DNA of 51,061 nt, taken from contig JBGTHM010000073.1 in the NCBI GenBank assembly GCA_041746255.1, forward strand, positions 1 through 51,061. The letters run 5' to 3'. The position numbers were made by a program, and so were the translations under genes. Source of the DNA: Fibrobacteria bacterium (GTDB lineage Bacteria > Fibrobacterota > Fibrobacteria > UBA11236). Under the pieces are notes generated by a model, which did no database searches, was not told the DNA's origin, and saw only the letters and a program-made list of their open reading frames with translations. Numbering within the stretch: position 1 is the first letter of the stretch; every line of letters begins with the position of its first letter. Positions 9,096 through 17,974 of the stretch are shown one piece after another.

Positions 9096-9653
9096 TTAGG
9101 GGCACTCCCGCGCCTTGGCCAAATCCACGCTGTCGATGTCATACCGAAAGGTAAGAACGGTATCCTCTGCGTGCGTTATGGAGCTGTCTTGAAGAACGTA
9201 GGATTCTGGATTGCGAAAGTCCTTACGACCCTCCCAATTCAGTGCTGAACCTCCATCCAGGCTATCAGTTGCGATCAAGCATAGAGAAGGTTCCATATGA
9301 AACCGAATCATGACGGTATCCCCGGAAGTTTGCGGAGATGCGGATTCCGCGAACCAAAAGGGTTCCTTCTCATAGCTATTGCTACCGAAGTTCTTGGTAT
9401 CCCCCGGCGCAAGTGGAAGTAATTTTACTCGGCTGGATGCAATGGTGCTGCCTGGTTTGGCCCTAAACGACAAGGTTACGGAATCGGTAAGCGAATTATG
9501 ATATTCGAATAAGTAACGTTTTAAGGGTGGGTCAGGACATTTTGCAGATCCTGGGCATTCCCCGTCTGTGACAAAACCGCAGGCGATAAAAAGGGATAAT
9601 ATCGCACAGGCCAGGAACCAACTCGGTTTATTCCCAATAAGAGAAAAGAGCAT
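9096..9653 (-). CDS. Hypothetical lipoprotein, translationally coupled to the upstream metalloprotease
   Basis: GGAGG 5 nt before the ATG, embedded in the upstream gene (26-bp overlap). Hydrophobic stretch and lipobox LFIAC-G. Confidence 0.75.
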   Translation of the reverse strand: MLFSLIGNKPSWFLACAILSLFIACGFVTDGECPGSAKCPDPPLKRYLFEYHNSLTDSVTLSFRAKPGSTIASSRVKLLPLAPGDTKNFGSNSYEKEPFWFAESASPQTSGDTVMIRFHMEPSLCLIATDSLDGGSALNWEGRKDFRNPESYVLQDSSITHAEDTVLTFRYDIDSVDLAKARECP

Positions 9654-11373
9654 CTAAGCCTCCCTTAGTCGCATTTGATGGATAGCGATTTTTCATCTCG
9701 TTTCGGAACTCGCTCCAATAAAAAGATCTCATTACGGCCTCTTCAATTTGGCCCAAGGTATAGCCCGTAACCATTTCTGATATCCTCTCCTTAGGTCGAT
9801 TATCTGCAAAGTACCAACCTGAAAAATTATCATTATCCATAAGATCTTGAATAATGCCGGTATAATTTTTCCCATATACGGGTTGAAAATTTGGGTAAAT
9901 TTTTCTGGTTAGCGACCATTCCAATCCCATAGCAAAAGACTCTTTTACATTCGAATGCATAATGGAAAATTCTGCACTCCGACTTGCTGCCCAATGCCGA
10001 GTATGGAAGTTTTCGAAGTTTGCTGAATGAGCAAGCTCATGGATGGTTATCCCGAATATATAATCGAAATCCATATACTTGCCATTATATACAGTATAGA
10101 CCTCGATTTGATCTCCCAGCCAGGACTGTCCGCTGACAAAGTGTCCAACCGGGTTGCCTTTTCCATTATCTTCAAACCAAACTGCGATATCCAGTCGCGG
10201 TTGGTACCAAGTATCCCTTCTCGGTTTTTGAGTTGCATCATGGGTGCCGTAATAGTAAAAATATGCGGCCCGGAAAATTACCGCATATAAAGCATCGTGC
10301 CCGGTAAAGGTTCGATTCCAAGCACTTTTTTGGGTTGGGCCCTCTGTTTTGGCGTCTGCACTCCAGAACCAATTTGCCTGCTCAAGCTTGAAATCAGCGG
10401 CGTCCCAATGTGCATTGTACTTTACGCTGTATGTCCATCTTTCGGGGCTCTCAAAATAACCATTTCCATTAGTTGTACTTGAGCGCCAATAATAGGAATA
10501 ACCCGCTGTAACACGAACACCTTCCACCGGGATTGCCCTGCCTAGAGTTCCATCATGATACTTCAATGTTCCACTGGGCCTCCAACGGCTAGGTATACCC
10601 CATGCCACGGCCTCGGAAAGAGTGTTCACAGAGGATTTTGTCAAACCTTTTCCAAATGTCGACTTTGAATTCAGTTGCCCGGCAAGATATAATGAAACAG
10701 CGTAAAATTGTTGCAAATCGTAGCCAAGGGCATCGAGTATTTCCATAAGACCGGCATTTTCAGGTCGCATGTGTTGTGCTATTTCGGCCGAGGATTTCGC
10801 AAGCATTGTTCCTTCGCCATCACCGTATTTGGATTCCACTGAATTCAGAATAGGTTCAATAAGAAATAATTCCTTAACTATAGTCATCTGGATTTCATTA
10901 GGTGCCTTGTAATCAACAGGGACTGCTGCAAAAAGTGCAATTTGGCTTTCGGAAAGGGACGGGTCCTTGTAGGGTTTATCCATGGTATCGACGTCTTGGT
11001 CCATTGGCTTGTCGAATACGACAATATCCGGGTCCATTTCCTTGATAAAAGCCGCTTGACTATCGGTTTCAGCAATGAATTTGACATAAATATAATTCGA
11101 AGATAGTTGAAAATTTTTCTCCAGAGCTGTCAATGCTCCTTTGGACAGTGGTCCCTTCGATTTCCGATGCTCTATGAGTGAATCCAAAACCTTTTGCATA
11201 TTTTGTGTAGTATAGGGATCATTCTCAGATAAAGATACTGGTTCTGGCTCTCCAGATAAATTGCTATGAATGCCGGAATCATTTTTCCCTTGCTCTACTG
11301 GACTTTGAGTATCAAAACAACCCATTAGAATAAAAAGTAAGGCGATTGGTGCCAATGGAATAAGTCGCTTCAT
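9628..11373 (-). CDS. Lipoprotein with a C-terminal zinc metallopeptidase (HExxH, gluzincin-like) domain
   Basis: AAAGGA RBS, start MKRLIPL, lipobox ILMGC. HELAH followed by an ESFA (ExxA) third-ligand motif. Low-GC codon usage. Confidence 0.82.
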   Translation of the reverse strand: MKRLIPLAPIALLFILMGCFDTQSPVEQGKNDSGIHSNLSGEPEPVSLSENDPYTTQNMQKVLDSLIEHRKSKGPLSKGALTALEKNFQLSSNYIYVKFIAETDSQAAFIKEMDPDIVVFDKPMDQDVDTMDKPYKDPSLSESQIALFAAVPVDYKAPNEIQMTIVKELFLIEPILNSVESKYGDGEGTMLAKSSAEIAQHMRPENAGLMEILDALGYDLQQFYAVSLYLAGQLNSKSTFGKGLTKSSVNTLSEAVAWGIPSRWRPSGTLKYHDGTLGRAIPVEGVRVTAGYSYYWRSSTTNGNGYFESPERWTYSVKYNAHWDAADFKLEQANWFWSADAKTEGPTQKSAWNRTFTGHDALYAVIFRAAYFYYYGTHDATQKPRRDTWYQPRLDIAVWFEDNGKGNPVGHFVSGQSWLGDQIEVYTVYNGKYMDFDYIFGITIHELAHSANFENFHTRHWAASRSAEFSIMHSNVKESFAMGLEWSLTRKIYPNFQPVYGKNYTGIIQDLMDNDNFSGWYFADNRPKERISEMVTGYTLGQIEEAVMRSFYWSEFRNEMKNRYPSNATKGGLDALFSYWE

Positions 11374-11767
11374 AGTGGCCAATCCTTTTCTTTGCAAAAT
11401 CCGGAGAGATAATGCGGTATGCGCTAATGAATGATGTGAAAAATGCTTAACGGGAATTTATTCTTGAACTATTGTTATGTCAATCACCAATTTGATTGGT
11501 GCATTTACACCTTCAGATAGGGTACCTGAAGGTTGTTTATGGCGGTCCTACACAATTTGCCCTACGATGGATACTGGTGGTTCGGGATAATCTCTACCCA
11601 TAAAGACGCTGGGTTACGGGATTTTCTGAAAGCCTCGGGTTCGGAGGCACCCTATTGAATTTTCGAATGTACTCAAATTGCGGATAGCTTAAAAACGAAT
11701 ATTTCGGTAGTTTTAAGGTTTTTCTGGCGATTTCGGCTTGTTTTCGCTGTACTTAATCTGAGTATAG

Positions 11768-11860
11768 CGTGGGAAACGGGTCCACCGCCTTCAACTGGTG
11801 GGCAAGAATGCCCAAATTTCCTATGAAGAAGGTGCCGATCACGGCTTTCTTACCGTAGAA
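11768..11860 (+). pseudogene. Possible 3' remnant of an alpha/beta-hydrolase gene
   Basis: Frame reads RLQLVGKNAQISYEEGADHGF, resembling the catalytic-His motif of dienelactone-hydrolase/S9-like enzymes. Upstream in-frame stop at 11765. Lies at the GC-content boundary. Confidence 0.3.
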
Positions 11861-12014
11861 GCCACCACCAAACGGAGCGCCGGAGCGCAGCCGGAAAAAT
11901 CCCCCGGCGTCGGCTTCCGGATAGCAGTACTGTCGCCCCCGACAAATCCCCAAACAAGATCCCTCAGAACCCCAGCGCTACTTCCAAAAGCAAGCCTTGT
12001 TCATCCAAGAAGCG

Positions 12015-14177
12015 TCAATGAACCAAAGCATCCTCACGAGCCGACTTATCCACCTTGGCCGACTTCGCCTCGGTTTGCGTAAGCATATCCCCCAGGATAT
12101 GGGTAACCTTGTACAAGTGGAGATCGCGTTTCAATTCCACTTCCCAGTTATTACGGATTTCCACTTCTTCGGGCAGCAGCGCCTTGTTGGCTTCCCTTTG
12201 CGAAACCACCAGCGGCAATTCCTTTTTGTTCAAATCTTCGAAAGCCTTGGATTCGGCTTTCGCCGCTTTTTGCGTCCGGAAGAAATCATCCTTCTGCAAG
12301 ACTACGCGCGTCTCGTCCCGACGCGATTTCATGGCCTGAAACTGACGCATATGACTCTGGTAAATTTCGCTTTTATCGGCGCGGGTTTTGTGGCTGAGCC
12401 GCAAGGCAGGCGCGTCCAATACCTTTTCCCAGCGGACATAATCCGCCCGCTCGGCCTGGTCCCAGGTCATGGCGTTATCCAGTTTTTTCTCGCCCAAGTC
12501 CAAGTCGGTATAAGCGTCGGGGATCAGAATATCGGGAACCACGCCGCGATACTGCGTCGAGCCTCCATTGATGCGATAGAATTTCTGGATGGTGAGCTTG
12601 AGCGATCCCATGGGCCTGAACGGCGAAAACAGCGGCGGAAGGTAGGTATCCAAATCGATCATGGATTGCACCGTGCCCTTGCCGAACGTAGTATCGGCTC
12701 CCACCACCAAGGCGCGGCCATAATCCTGCAAAGCCGCCGCGACGATTTCGGAAGCCGAGGCGCTGAAAGAGTTGACCATCACCACCAAAGGTCCGGCCCA
12801 TGCGATGTCTTCGTCCTCGTCGGCCAGCACCCTGCTGCGACCGCGGCGGTCTTTCACCTGCACCACGGGACCGGTTTCAATAAATAGACCCGTCAACTTG
12901 ACGGCGTCTTCCAAGGCCCCGCCGCCGTTATTCCGGAGGTCCAGCACCAAGCCGTCAATCCCTTCCTTTTTCAATTTATCGATTTCTTTCCGCACATCGT
13001 CGGAAGAGTTCCGCCCGTCTTTGCGGCTGAAATCATGGTAGAAGGTGGGAAGCTCCACATAGCCCCATTTACCCTTGTCATTTTTCTTTTGCAATACCGC
13101 GGATTTCGCGAATGTCTCCTCGACCACCACCACGTCGCGCACGATGGGTATCACGATGATTTGGCCGCCCGGCTTTTGCACGGTAAGTCTCACCTCGGTA
13201 CCCTTTTGACCCCGAATGAGACGCACCGCGTCGTTAACGCTCATATCCACGATATCCACCGCTTCTTCGCGACCTTGGGCCACCTTCAATATTTTGTCTT
13301 CGGCCTTGAGCTCCTTTTGCCGCCACGAAGCGCTGCCGGGAACGATGCTCACCACTCTGATAAACCCGTCCTCTTCACGCAAAATCGCGCCGATGCCTTC
13401 CAAAGTGCCGGTCATACTGAGATCGAAATCCTCCCTTGCCTGGGGAGGCATGTATTGCGTATGCGGATCGAATACGTTCGCGGCCGCGTTCAAATAGGTA
13501 GCGACCCGGCGGCTCCGGTCTTCTCCCAACATGCGGTCCAGGGTTCGGTGGACATTGCGCAATACCTGCTCGCGACTCTCTTTTTCCAGGGCTTCGAAAT
13601 CCTTGCCGGCCTGGGCCGCTTTAGCCGAGTCGGGGGACTCTTGCGCGTTATGGATGCGGGTGAGCACCTGGAACTTCAACAATCGTGACCATCTTCGCTC
13701 CCGCTCCGCCAAGTTGGCCGGGAATTTTATTTTATCGGAATCGAGCTCCAAGGTGTCGTTTAACTTAAAGTCCAAGGGCTTCGCCAACAGCTTGGAAGTG
13801 AGGGCTTTGACTTCGCGCAGTCGTTTTTCCGATACCTCGGTGACTACGTCGACGAAATCAAGCGCGCCGCGATTCAGCTCGTCGTTCAATCCCATCCGAT
13901 GCTTGCGCAGCGCATCCACGTCGGATTGCAATAAAAAACGTTTTTGGGGATCCAGGCGCTTGAGATAAAAATCGAAGGTTTTTTCCGAGAAGTCCTGATC
14001 CAGTTCCACCGGCTGATAATGCCAGGAACGCAGGCTTTTCAAAAACATTTTCCCAAGCAATTCATCTTTGCCGGAATTGCTCCAAGTCGGCGTTGCGGAG
14101 AGGAGCAAGGCCACGGCAAACAACCCATAAAGGGGAAGCGGCAAACGGGATCGAGTCGACGTTTTTATTCGATGCAT
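12015..14177 (-). CDS. prc: Tail-specific (carboxy-terminal processing) protease, S41A family
   Basis: DPHTQY, GIGA PDZ domain, LDLRNNGGG, SASASEI, GKGTVQ, KFYRINGGSTQYRGVVPDI; signal peptide. Confidence 0.95.
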   Translation of the reverse strand: MHRIKTSTRSRLPLPLYGLFAVALLLSATPTWSNSGKDELLGKMFLKSLRSWHYQPVELDQDFSEKTFDFYLKRLDPQKRFLLQSDVDALRKHRMGLNDELNRGALDFVDVVTEVSEKRLREVKALTSKLLAKPLDFKLNDTLELDSDKIKFPANLAERERRWSRLLKFQVLTRIHNAQESPDSAKAAQAGKDFEALEKESREQVLRNVHRTLDRMLGEDRSRRVATYLNAAANVFDPHTQYMPPQAREDFDLSMTGTLEGIGAILREEDGFIRVVSIVPGSASWRQKELKAEDKILKVAQGREEAVDIVDMSVNDAVRLIRGQKGTEVRLTVQKPGGQIIVIPIVRDVVVVEETFAKSAVLQKKNDKGKWGYVELPTFYHDFSRKDGRNSSDDVRKEIDKLKKEGIDGLVLDLRNNGGGALEDAVKLTGLFIETGPVVQVKDRRGRSRVLADEDEDIAWAGPLVVMVNSFSASASEIVAAALQDYGRALVVGADTTFGKGTVQSMIDLDTYLPPLFSPFRPMGSLKLTIQKFYRINGGSTQYRGVVPDILIPDAYTDLDLGEKKLDNAMTWDQAERADYVRWEKVLDAPALRLSHKTRADKSEIYQSHMRQFQAMKSRRDETRVVLQKDDFFRTQKAAKAESKAFEDLNKKELPLVVSQREANKALLPEEVEIRNNWEVELKRDLHLYKVTHILGDMLTQTEAKSAKVDKSAREDALVH

Positions 14178-14294
14178 AGGGTTTGGCTCGCGATTACGGC
14201 TAGGGTTTCAGACTGGGTAACGGGTGAAAAGATATTATACCAAAAGAAGCCGGTCTGAAAAAAGTCCGGAACGGCTTAAAAGGGGGTTAAACAC

Positions 14295-14336
14295 AAAAAA
14301 AGCGCGCCCCGGGAGCCAAGTACTCGGGGTATGCGC
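14295..14336 (-). terminator. Probable rho-independent terminator after the 14371..14745 gene
   Basis: Minus strand reads GCGCATACCCCGAG...CTCCCGGGGCGCGC followed by T7; imperfect GC-rich stem. Confidence 0.55.
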
Positions 14337-14370
14337 CGTTCAAACCGGGGTAGACGGTTTCAAAAAGGGT

Positions 14371-14745
14371 CTAGGACTGCGGCTGTTCCGAGCCTTCGGG
14401 CCGGTTCGCTTCCTGTTTTTCGGCGGAAGGCCACTTTTCCGCATCGTTCTGAGCGTAGAATTCGGTGCTACCCTCTTCCGGCGTACGGAAAAGGAAATAG
14501 GCGATTCCCGCAACGATGGCCGAAACAACCAAGGAAATCATTATCCATGAGCCGGCGCTTTCATGCCAAGCTTTGTGGTATACCCAAGGCTTACGAAATT
14601 CGGTGCGATCGAGCTTCTTACCGTATTTCTTGGTCAATGTGCTCACCCGATCACGCACGTCTTCGTAATTATCGCGCAGATCGGAAAGATCGCTTTGCAT
14701 TTGTTTAATTCTTTTTTTGCTGATCAAATTGTTCAAGTCGTACAT
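14371..14745 (-). CDS. Hypothetical small membrane protein (coiled coil plus single TM; ElaB/YqjD-like architecture)
   Basis: GGGAG RBS. Heptad-like N-terminus and TM segment WIMISLVVSAIVAGIAYFLF. Confidence 0.7.
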   Translation of the reverse strand: MYDLNNLISKKRIKQMQSDLSDLRDNYEDVRDRVSTLTKKYGKKLDRTEFRKPWVYHKAWHESAGSWIMISLVVSAIVAGIAYFLFRTPEEGSTEFYAQNDAEKWPSAEKQEANRPEGSEQPQS

Positions 14746-14874
14746 TTGCGCACTCCCTATGCTTGGCTCACGGCCGGAATTTTCGGCCCGGAACCTATCC
14801 GGGTCTCTTAATAAATAGCTACTTGAACCTATGGGTGCAAACCTGTAAATAAGAAAAGCGGCAAATTACCACGA

Positions 14875-15753
14875 CTAGCGGGATAGCTTTTCCAAATCCG
14901 CGCTGAATGCGGAGAGTTGCCTTGCCGCCGCGAGGCGCTGTTCGGGTGTCAAGATGGCGCTGATGGCAAGCAGCATTTCCTTGGACCGTCGTTCCTGAGC
15001 CGTCACGGCCTCCTGGTGCGACCGTGTGCGAAGGGTTTCCGGGGACAGGAAATAGTTTTCCAGGAAATCGATTACTGCGGTGGAATCCCCCCCGCCGGCC
15101 ACGCGGGAGAGCGCCTCCTGTTGCTTTCCACGGAACTCCAGCCAATGAAGGGTATTCAAGGGTAGGGCCCGGCTCAGGGAATCCACAGCCCGGCGCTGGT
15201 CGGGACGAAGTTTGCCGGTGAATTCTTCGACCTGCTCGACAGTTTGCTTGGCGCGTTTATCCCGGAAACTTTCCGGGTTCTCATTCCATTTCTGCCGGAG
15301 GGTTGTGTTCTTATCCGCGGCCTTGCGCGCGTAGTTCTCCCATTGTCGGCTATCGAGTTCAAGCAAAAATTCGGTGGATGCCTTGACCAAGGGTTTCATA
15401 GTAAGCAGCCGCAACTCCTGATAACGGGCAAAACCCCAATCCAAGTCCTTTTCGTTGAGGCCGGCGGGAATCCGCTGCGACACCTCGCGCAAAAAGGCCG
15501 TGTACATCGGAAGCATTTCCGCCTTGTGCCAATCGGCGTAGGCATTGACCCGCTTGCGCAAATCGCCCTTTTGTTTCCAGGTCAAATCGAATTGCTTTTG
15601 CACGGAAAAATACAGCACCCAATCGAGATAGCGGTAACCGAGTTTGAGGAAGCTACAGCCTCCGAGCAGCAAGACGGTCAATCCCAGGGCGAGCATACGC
15701 CAGGGCCCACGGCGTGTGGGAAAAGAGTACGGAAGTTGGGAGTCGCGTGGCAT
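14875..15753 (-). CDS. DUF6279-like lipoprotein
   Basis: Lipobox LLGGC. Pattern LGYRYLDW...FDL...WH..EMLP.Y; C-terminal LTPEQR. Exact start uncertain. Confidence 0.78.
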   Translation of the reverse strand: MPRDSQLPYSFPTRRGPWRMLALGLTVLLLGGCSFLKLGYRYLDWVLYFSVQKQFDLTWKQKGDLRKRVNAYADWHKAEMLPMYTAFLREVSQRIPAGLNEKDLDWGFARYQELRLLTMKPLVKASTEFLLELDSRQWENYARKAADKNTTLRQKWNENPESFRDKRAKQTVEQVEEFTGKLRPDQRRAVDSLSRALPLNTLHWLEFRGKQQEALSRVAGGGDSTAVIDFLENYFLSPETLRTRSHQEAVTAQERRSKEMLLAISAILTPEQRLAAARQLSAFSADLEKLSR

Positions 15754-15835
15754 ACCGAACCCGGGTTCAAGGTCCAGCTAAAATACTCGGTGGAGACAGG
15801 GGCGCCCAGAAGGGGTGGAAAAAATTACAATCGCA

Positions 15836-16009
15836 TCATTGCACGAGTTGAAATTCCTTTTTGGCGGCTCCGCATACCGGACAGACCCAGTCATCCGGAA
15901 TAGCGTCGAAACGGGTGCCCGGAGCCAGACCACCGTCTTCGTCCCCTTCCTCCTCGTTATAAACATAGCCGCAAATCATGCAGATATAGGAATCGAAGGG
16001 AGCGTTCAT
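15836..16009 (-). CDS. Rubredoxin (57 aa; not in the ORF track)
   Basis: Hand translation MNAPFDSYICMICGYVYNEEEGDEDGGLAPGTRFDAIPDDWVCPVCGAAKKEFQLVQ contains both CxxCG motifs and PGTxF...PDDWxCP. Confidence 0.96.
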   Translation of the reverse strand: MNAPFDSYICMICGYVYNEEEGDEDGGLAPGTRFDAIPDDWVCPVCGAAKKEFQLVQ

Positions 16010-16013
16010 CGGC

Positions 16014-16721
16014 TCAAAACCGTAAGTTGAGAGCGTTGACGTGGTAGCCGCGATCGCGGCCCTCGGGACCCATGGGCACCAAGGCCAAAGTGGGCGGAAG
16101 GATTCTCAAGCCCCCGTCGGCCGTGCCGGTAATTTCACGACGGCGTTGATCGCGGAAATACCGCGAAACATTGAAGCCCACGACCGAACCCAGCGAGGGT
16201 AGGCCCAGCAGGGGCAAAAAGGGCTTCCAGTGGTAATCCTCTTCCACTCCCATGAGGTCGGCCGCCCACAAGCCCGCCCCCATTCCCACGAAAGCGCCGA
16301 CATACGTCCATAACAGGGAGCCGTCTTCTTCGTCGAGCTGGCCCGCGAAATAGGCGCCTAGAGCGGCTCCCATGGAAATACCGAGGGCTCCGCCCCGAAA
16401 TCCACCATCGAAATTGGTGTAACGCACTCCCGTGAATCCCAGCTTTCCCTGCTTGAAGTCGCTATCGCGTAAGAGCGACTCAAGGCCTTTTCCCGAATAG
16501 AAGCCGACGGCGCCGAGAACCGCGCCTCCCAGGGCGCCGATGACGAATTCCTGCGCGAGCAGGGTGGGTTCGCTGAAAACCCGCAGGGGCTTCGCGCTAT
16601 CGGCGGGAGCCGCCGTTTCGGAAGCGAAGGCGGAGGCTAAGAGGGCGCCGGAAAGGCAGAAGGATTTACAGAGGGATGTGAAGATTGCTCTTGGCATTAA
16701 TTTTGGCATAGTGGTTCGCAT
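16014..16721 (-). CDS. Hypothetical glycine-rich membrane protein
   Basis: Signal peptide, several Gly-zipper hydrophobic segments, C-terminal Phe (LNLRF). Confidence 0.72.
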   Translation of the reverse strand: MRTTMPKLMPRAIFTSLCKSFCLSGALLASAFASETAAPADSAKPLRVFSEPTLLAQEFVIGALGGAVLGAVGFYSGKGLESLLRDSDFKQGKLGFTGVRYTNFDGGFRGGALGISMGAALGAYFAGQLDEEDGSLLWTYVGAFVGMGAGLWAADLMGVEEDYHWKPFLPLLGLPSLGSVVGFNVSRYFRDQRRREITGTADGGLRILPPTLALVPMGPEGRDRGYHVNALNLRF

Positions 16722-16754
16722 ATTCTGGTAATTAACAAATATTGAAGGTTCGCG

Positions 16755-17705
16755 TCACCCGTTAAGGGAGATTCGGCAGGCCTCTTGGCAACAACCGTCC
16801 CACTTCTCCCGGCAATTCGGGCACTGGAGAAAAAGGCGGTGACAGGGGTCATAGGCGCAATTACCGGGCTCGTCCCAGGCGTCGCCGCATTGGCTGCAAA
16901 CCGCCAATACCTCTTGGGAAATCCGTTCGGTCATGCGTGCATCAAAAACGAAGTTGCGTCCGCGGAAGCGGTTGTCCATGCCCCGGGCCCGTACATCGCG
17001 CACATACTGAATGATGCCTCCGTCCAATTGGGCCACGTCTTCGATACCCTGTCCGCGTAAAAATGCGCTGGCCTTCTCGCAGCGAATGCCGCCGGTGCAA
17101 TAAAGCAGTACCTGGCCTAAAGGCCCGCTTTGTCTTTGATTTTCCAGCACTTGCAGAGCTTCGGGCAGGGCTTCGCTGAAAGTATGCGCGTGCAGACGCA
17201 AGGCGTTTTCAAAACGCCCGATCTCGCTTTCATAGGCGTTGCGCATGTCCAGTATCACGGTGCCCGGAGTCTCCATGGCCCGATGGAAACTTTCGGCGTC
17301 AAGGCGGGGACCCACCCGGGAAAAATCAATCGACTCGGGTTCAAGTCCATCGGCCACCAGTGCGGGACGTTCCTTGATATGTAAGGCGAAAAAGGATTTA
17401 CCATCGTCTTCCAGCGCACGGTTCAAACGCAATCCGGCCAAAAAGGCATCGCTTTGCAAATCGGATAAAAAAGTCTTGAGGTGCTGCTCGGGAACGCTCA
17501 GCTGGGCGTTAATCCCTTCCTTTGCCACATAGACCCGGCCGAGAATACCCAACCTTTCCCAGCGACGGTAGAGGTCGTCCCGCCAGGCGGAAGGGTTTTC
17601 GACACGGCCATAGCGGTAAAAGGAATAGGTGGCGCGCCGGAAAGGCTCCAGCGCGAGTTTTTCGCGTAATTCCTTGCGGCTGCGGCGATTGTTCAGAACG
17701 GTCAT
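16755..17705 (-). CDS. trhO: Rhodanese-related tRNA uridine(34) hydroxylase (YceA/TrhO)
   Basis: SFYRY, GRVYVAKEGINAQ, DMRNAYE..IGRF, YCTGGIRCEKAS, LDGGI..Y, FVFD.R, Cys-rich C-terminus. Start moved to the ATG at 17705 (GGGAG RBS). Confidence 0.92.
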   Translation of the reverse strand: MTVLNNRRSRKELREKLALEPFRRATYSFYRYGRVENPSAWRDDLYRRWERLGILGRVYVAKEGINAQLSVPEQHLKTFLSDLQSDAFLAGLRLNRALEDDGKSFFALHIKERPALVADGLEPESIDFSRVGPRLDAESFHRAMETPGTVILDMRNAYESEIGRFENALRLHAHTFSEALPEALQVLENQRQSGPLGQVLLYCTGGIRCEKASAFLRGQGIEDVAQLDGGIIQYVRDVRARGMDNRFRGRNFVFDARMTERISQEVLAVCSQCGDAWDEPGNCAYDPCHRLFLQCPNCREKWDGCCQEACRISLNG

Positions 17706-17974
17706 GGTACTCCCGACACTTTCCGTGGAAAAATAGCACCGAAGGGAAATCAACGCCAATAACGCAAAAAGTCCACGGATCCGTCGCCCGACGAAAAGGG
17801 TCTTCCTCTCGAAACGCTCAAAAAAGTACGTCAAAGATCGATAAAAATACCAGCGCGTGCAAATGAAGCAAAAAAATTCTTCCCCAAATGAAGCCTCAGA
17901 AAATACTTTATCCCTAGCCCAGGGAGATGTCGAAAGTGATTTCGAAGGAGCCCCGTGAAGTTGCAAGTTACGTC

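Noticed and set aside
9090..11760. Low-GC cassette as a defined mobile element
   Set aside because: No transposase or integrase, terminal inverted repeats or target-site duplication found by eye; reported only as a compositional island.
17706..17966. N-terminal extensions given by the ORF track for trhO (also rpsA 27127..27252, recO 38683..38826, ORF 40109..40534)
   Set aside because: They have no family similarity, run into neighbouring genes or leader regions, and better-supported downstream starts exist.
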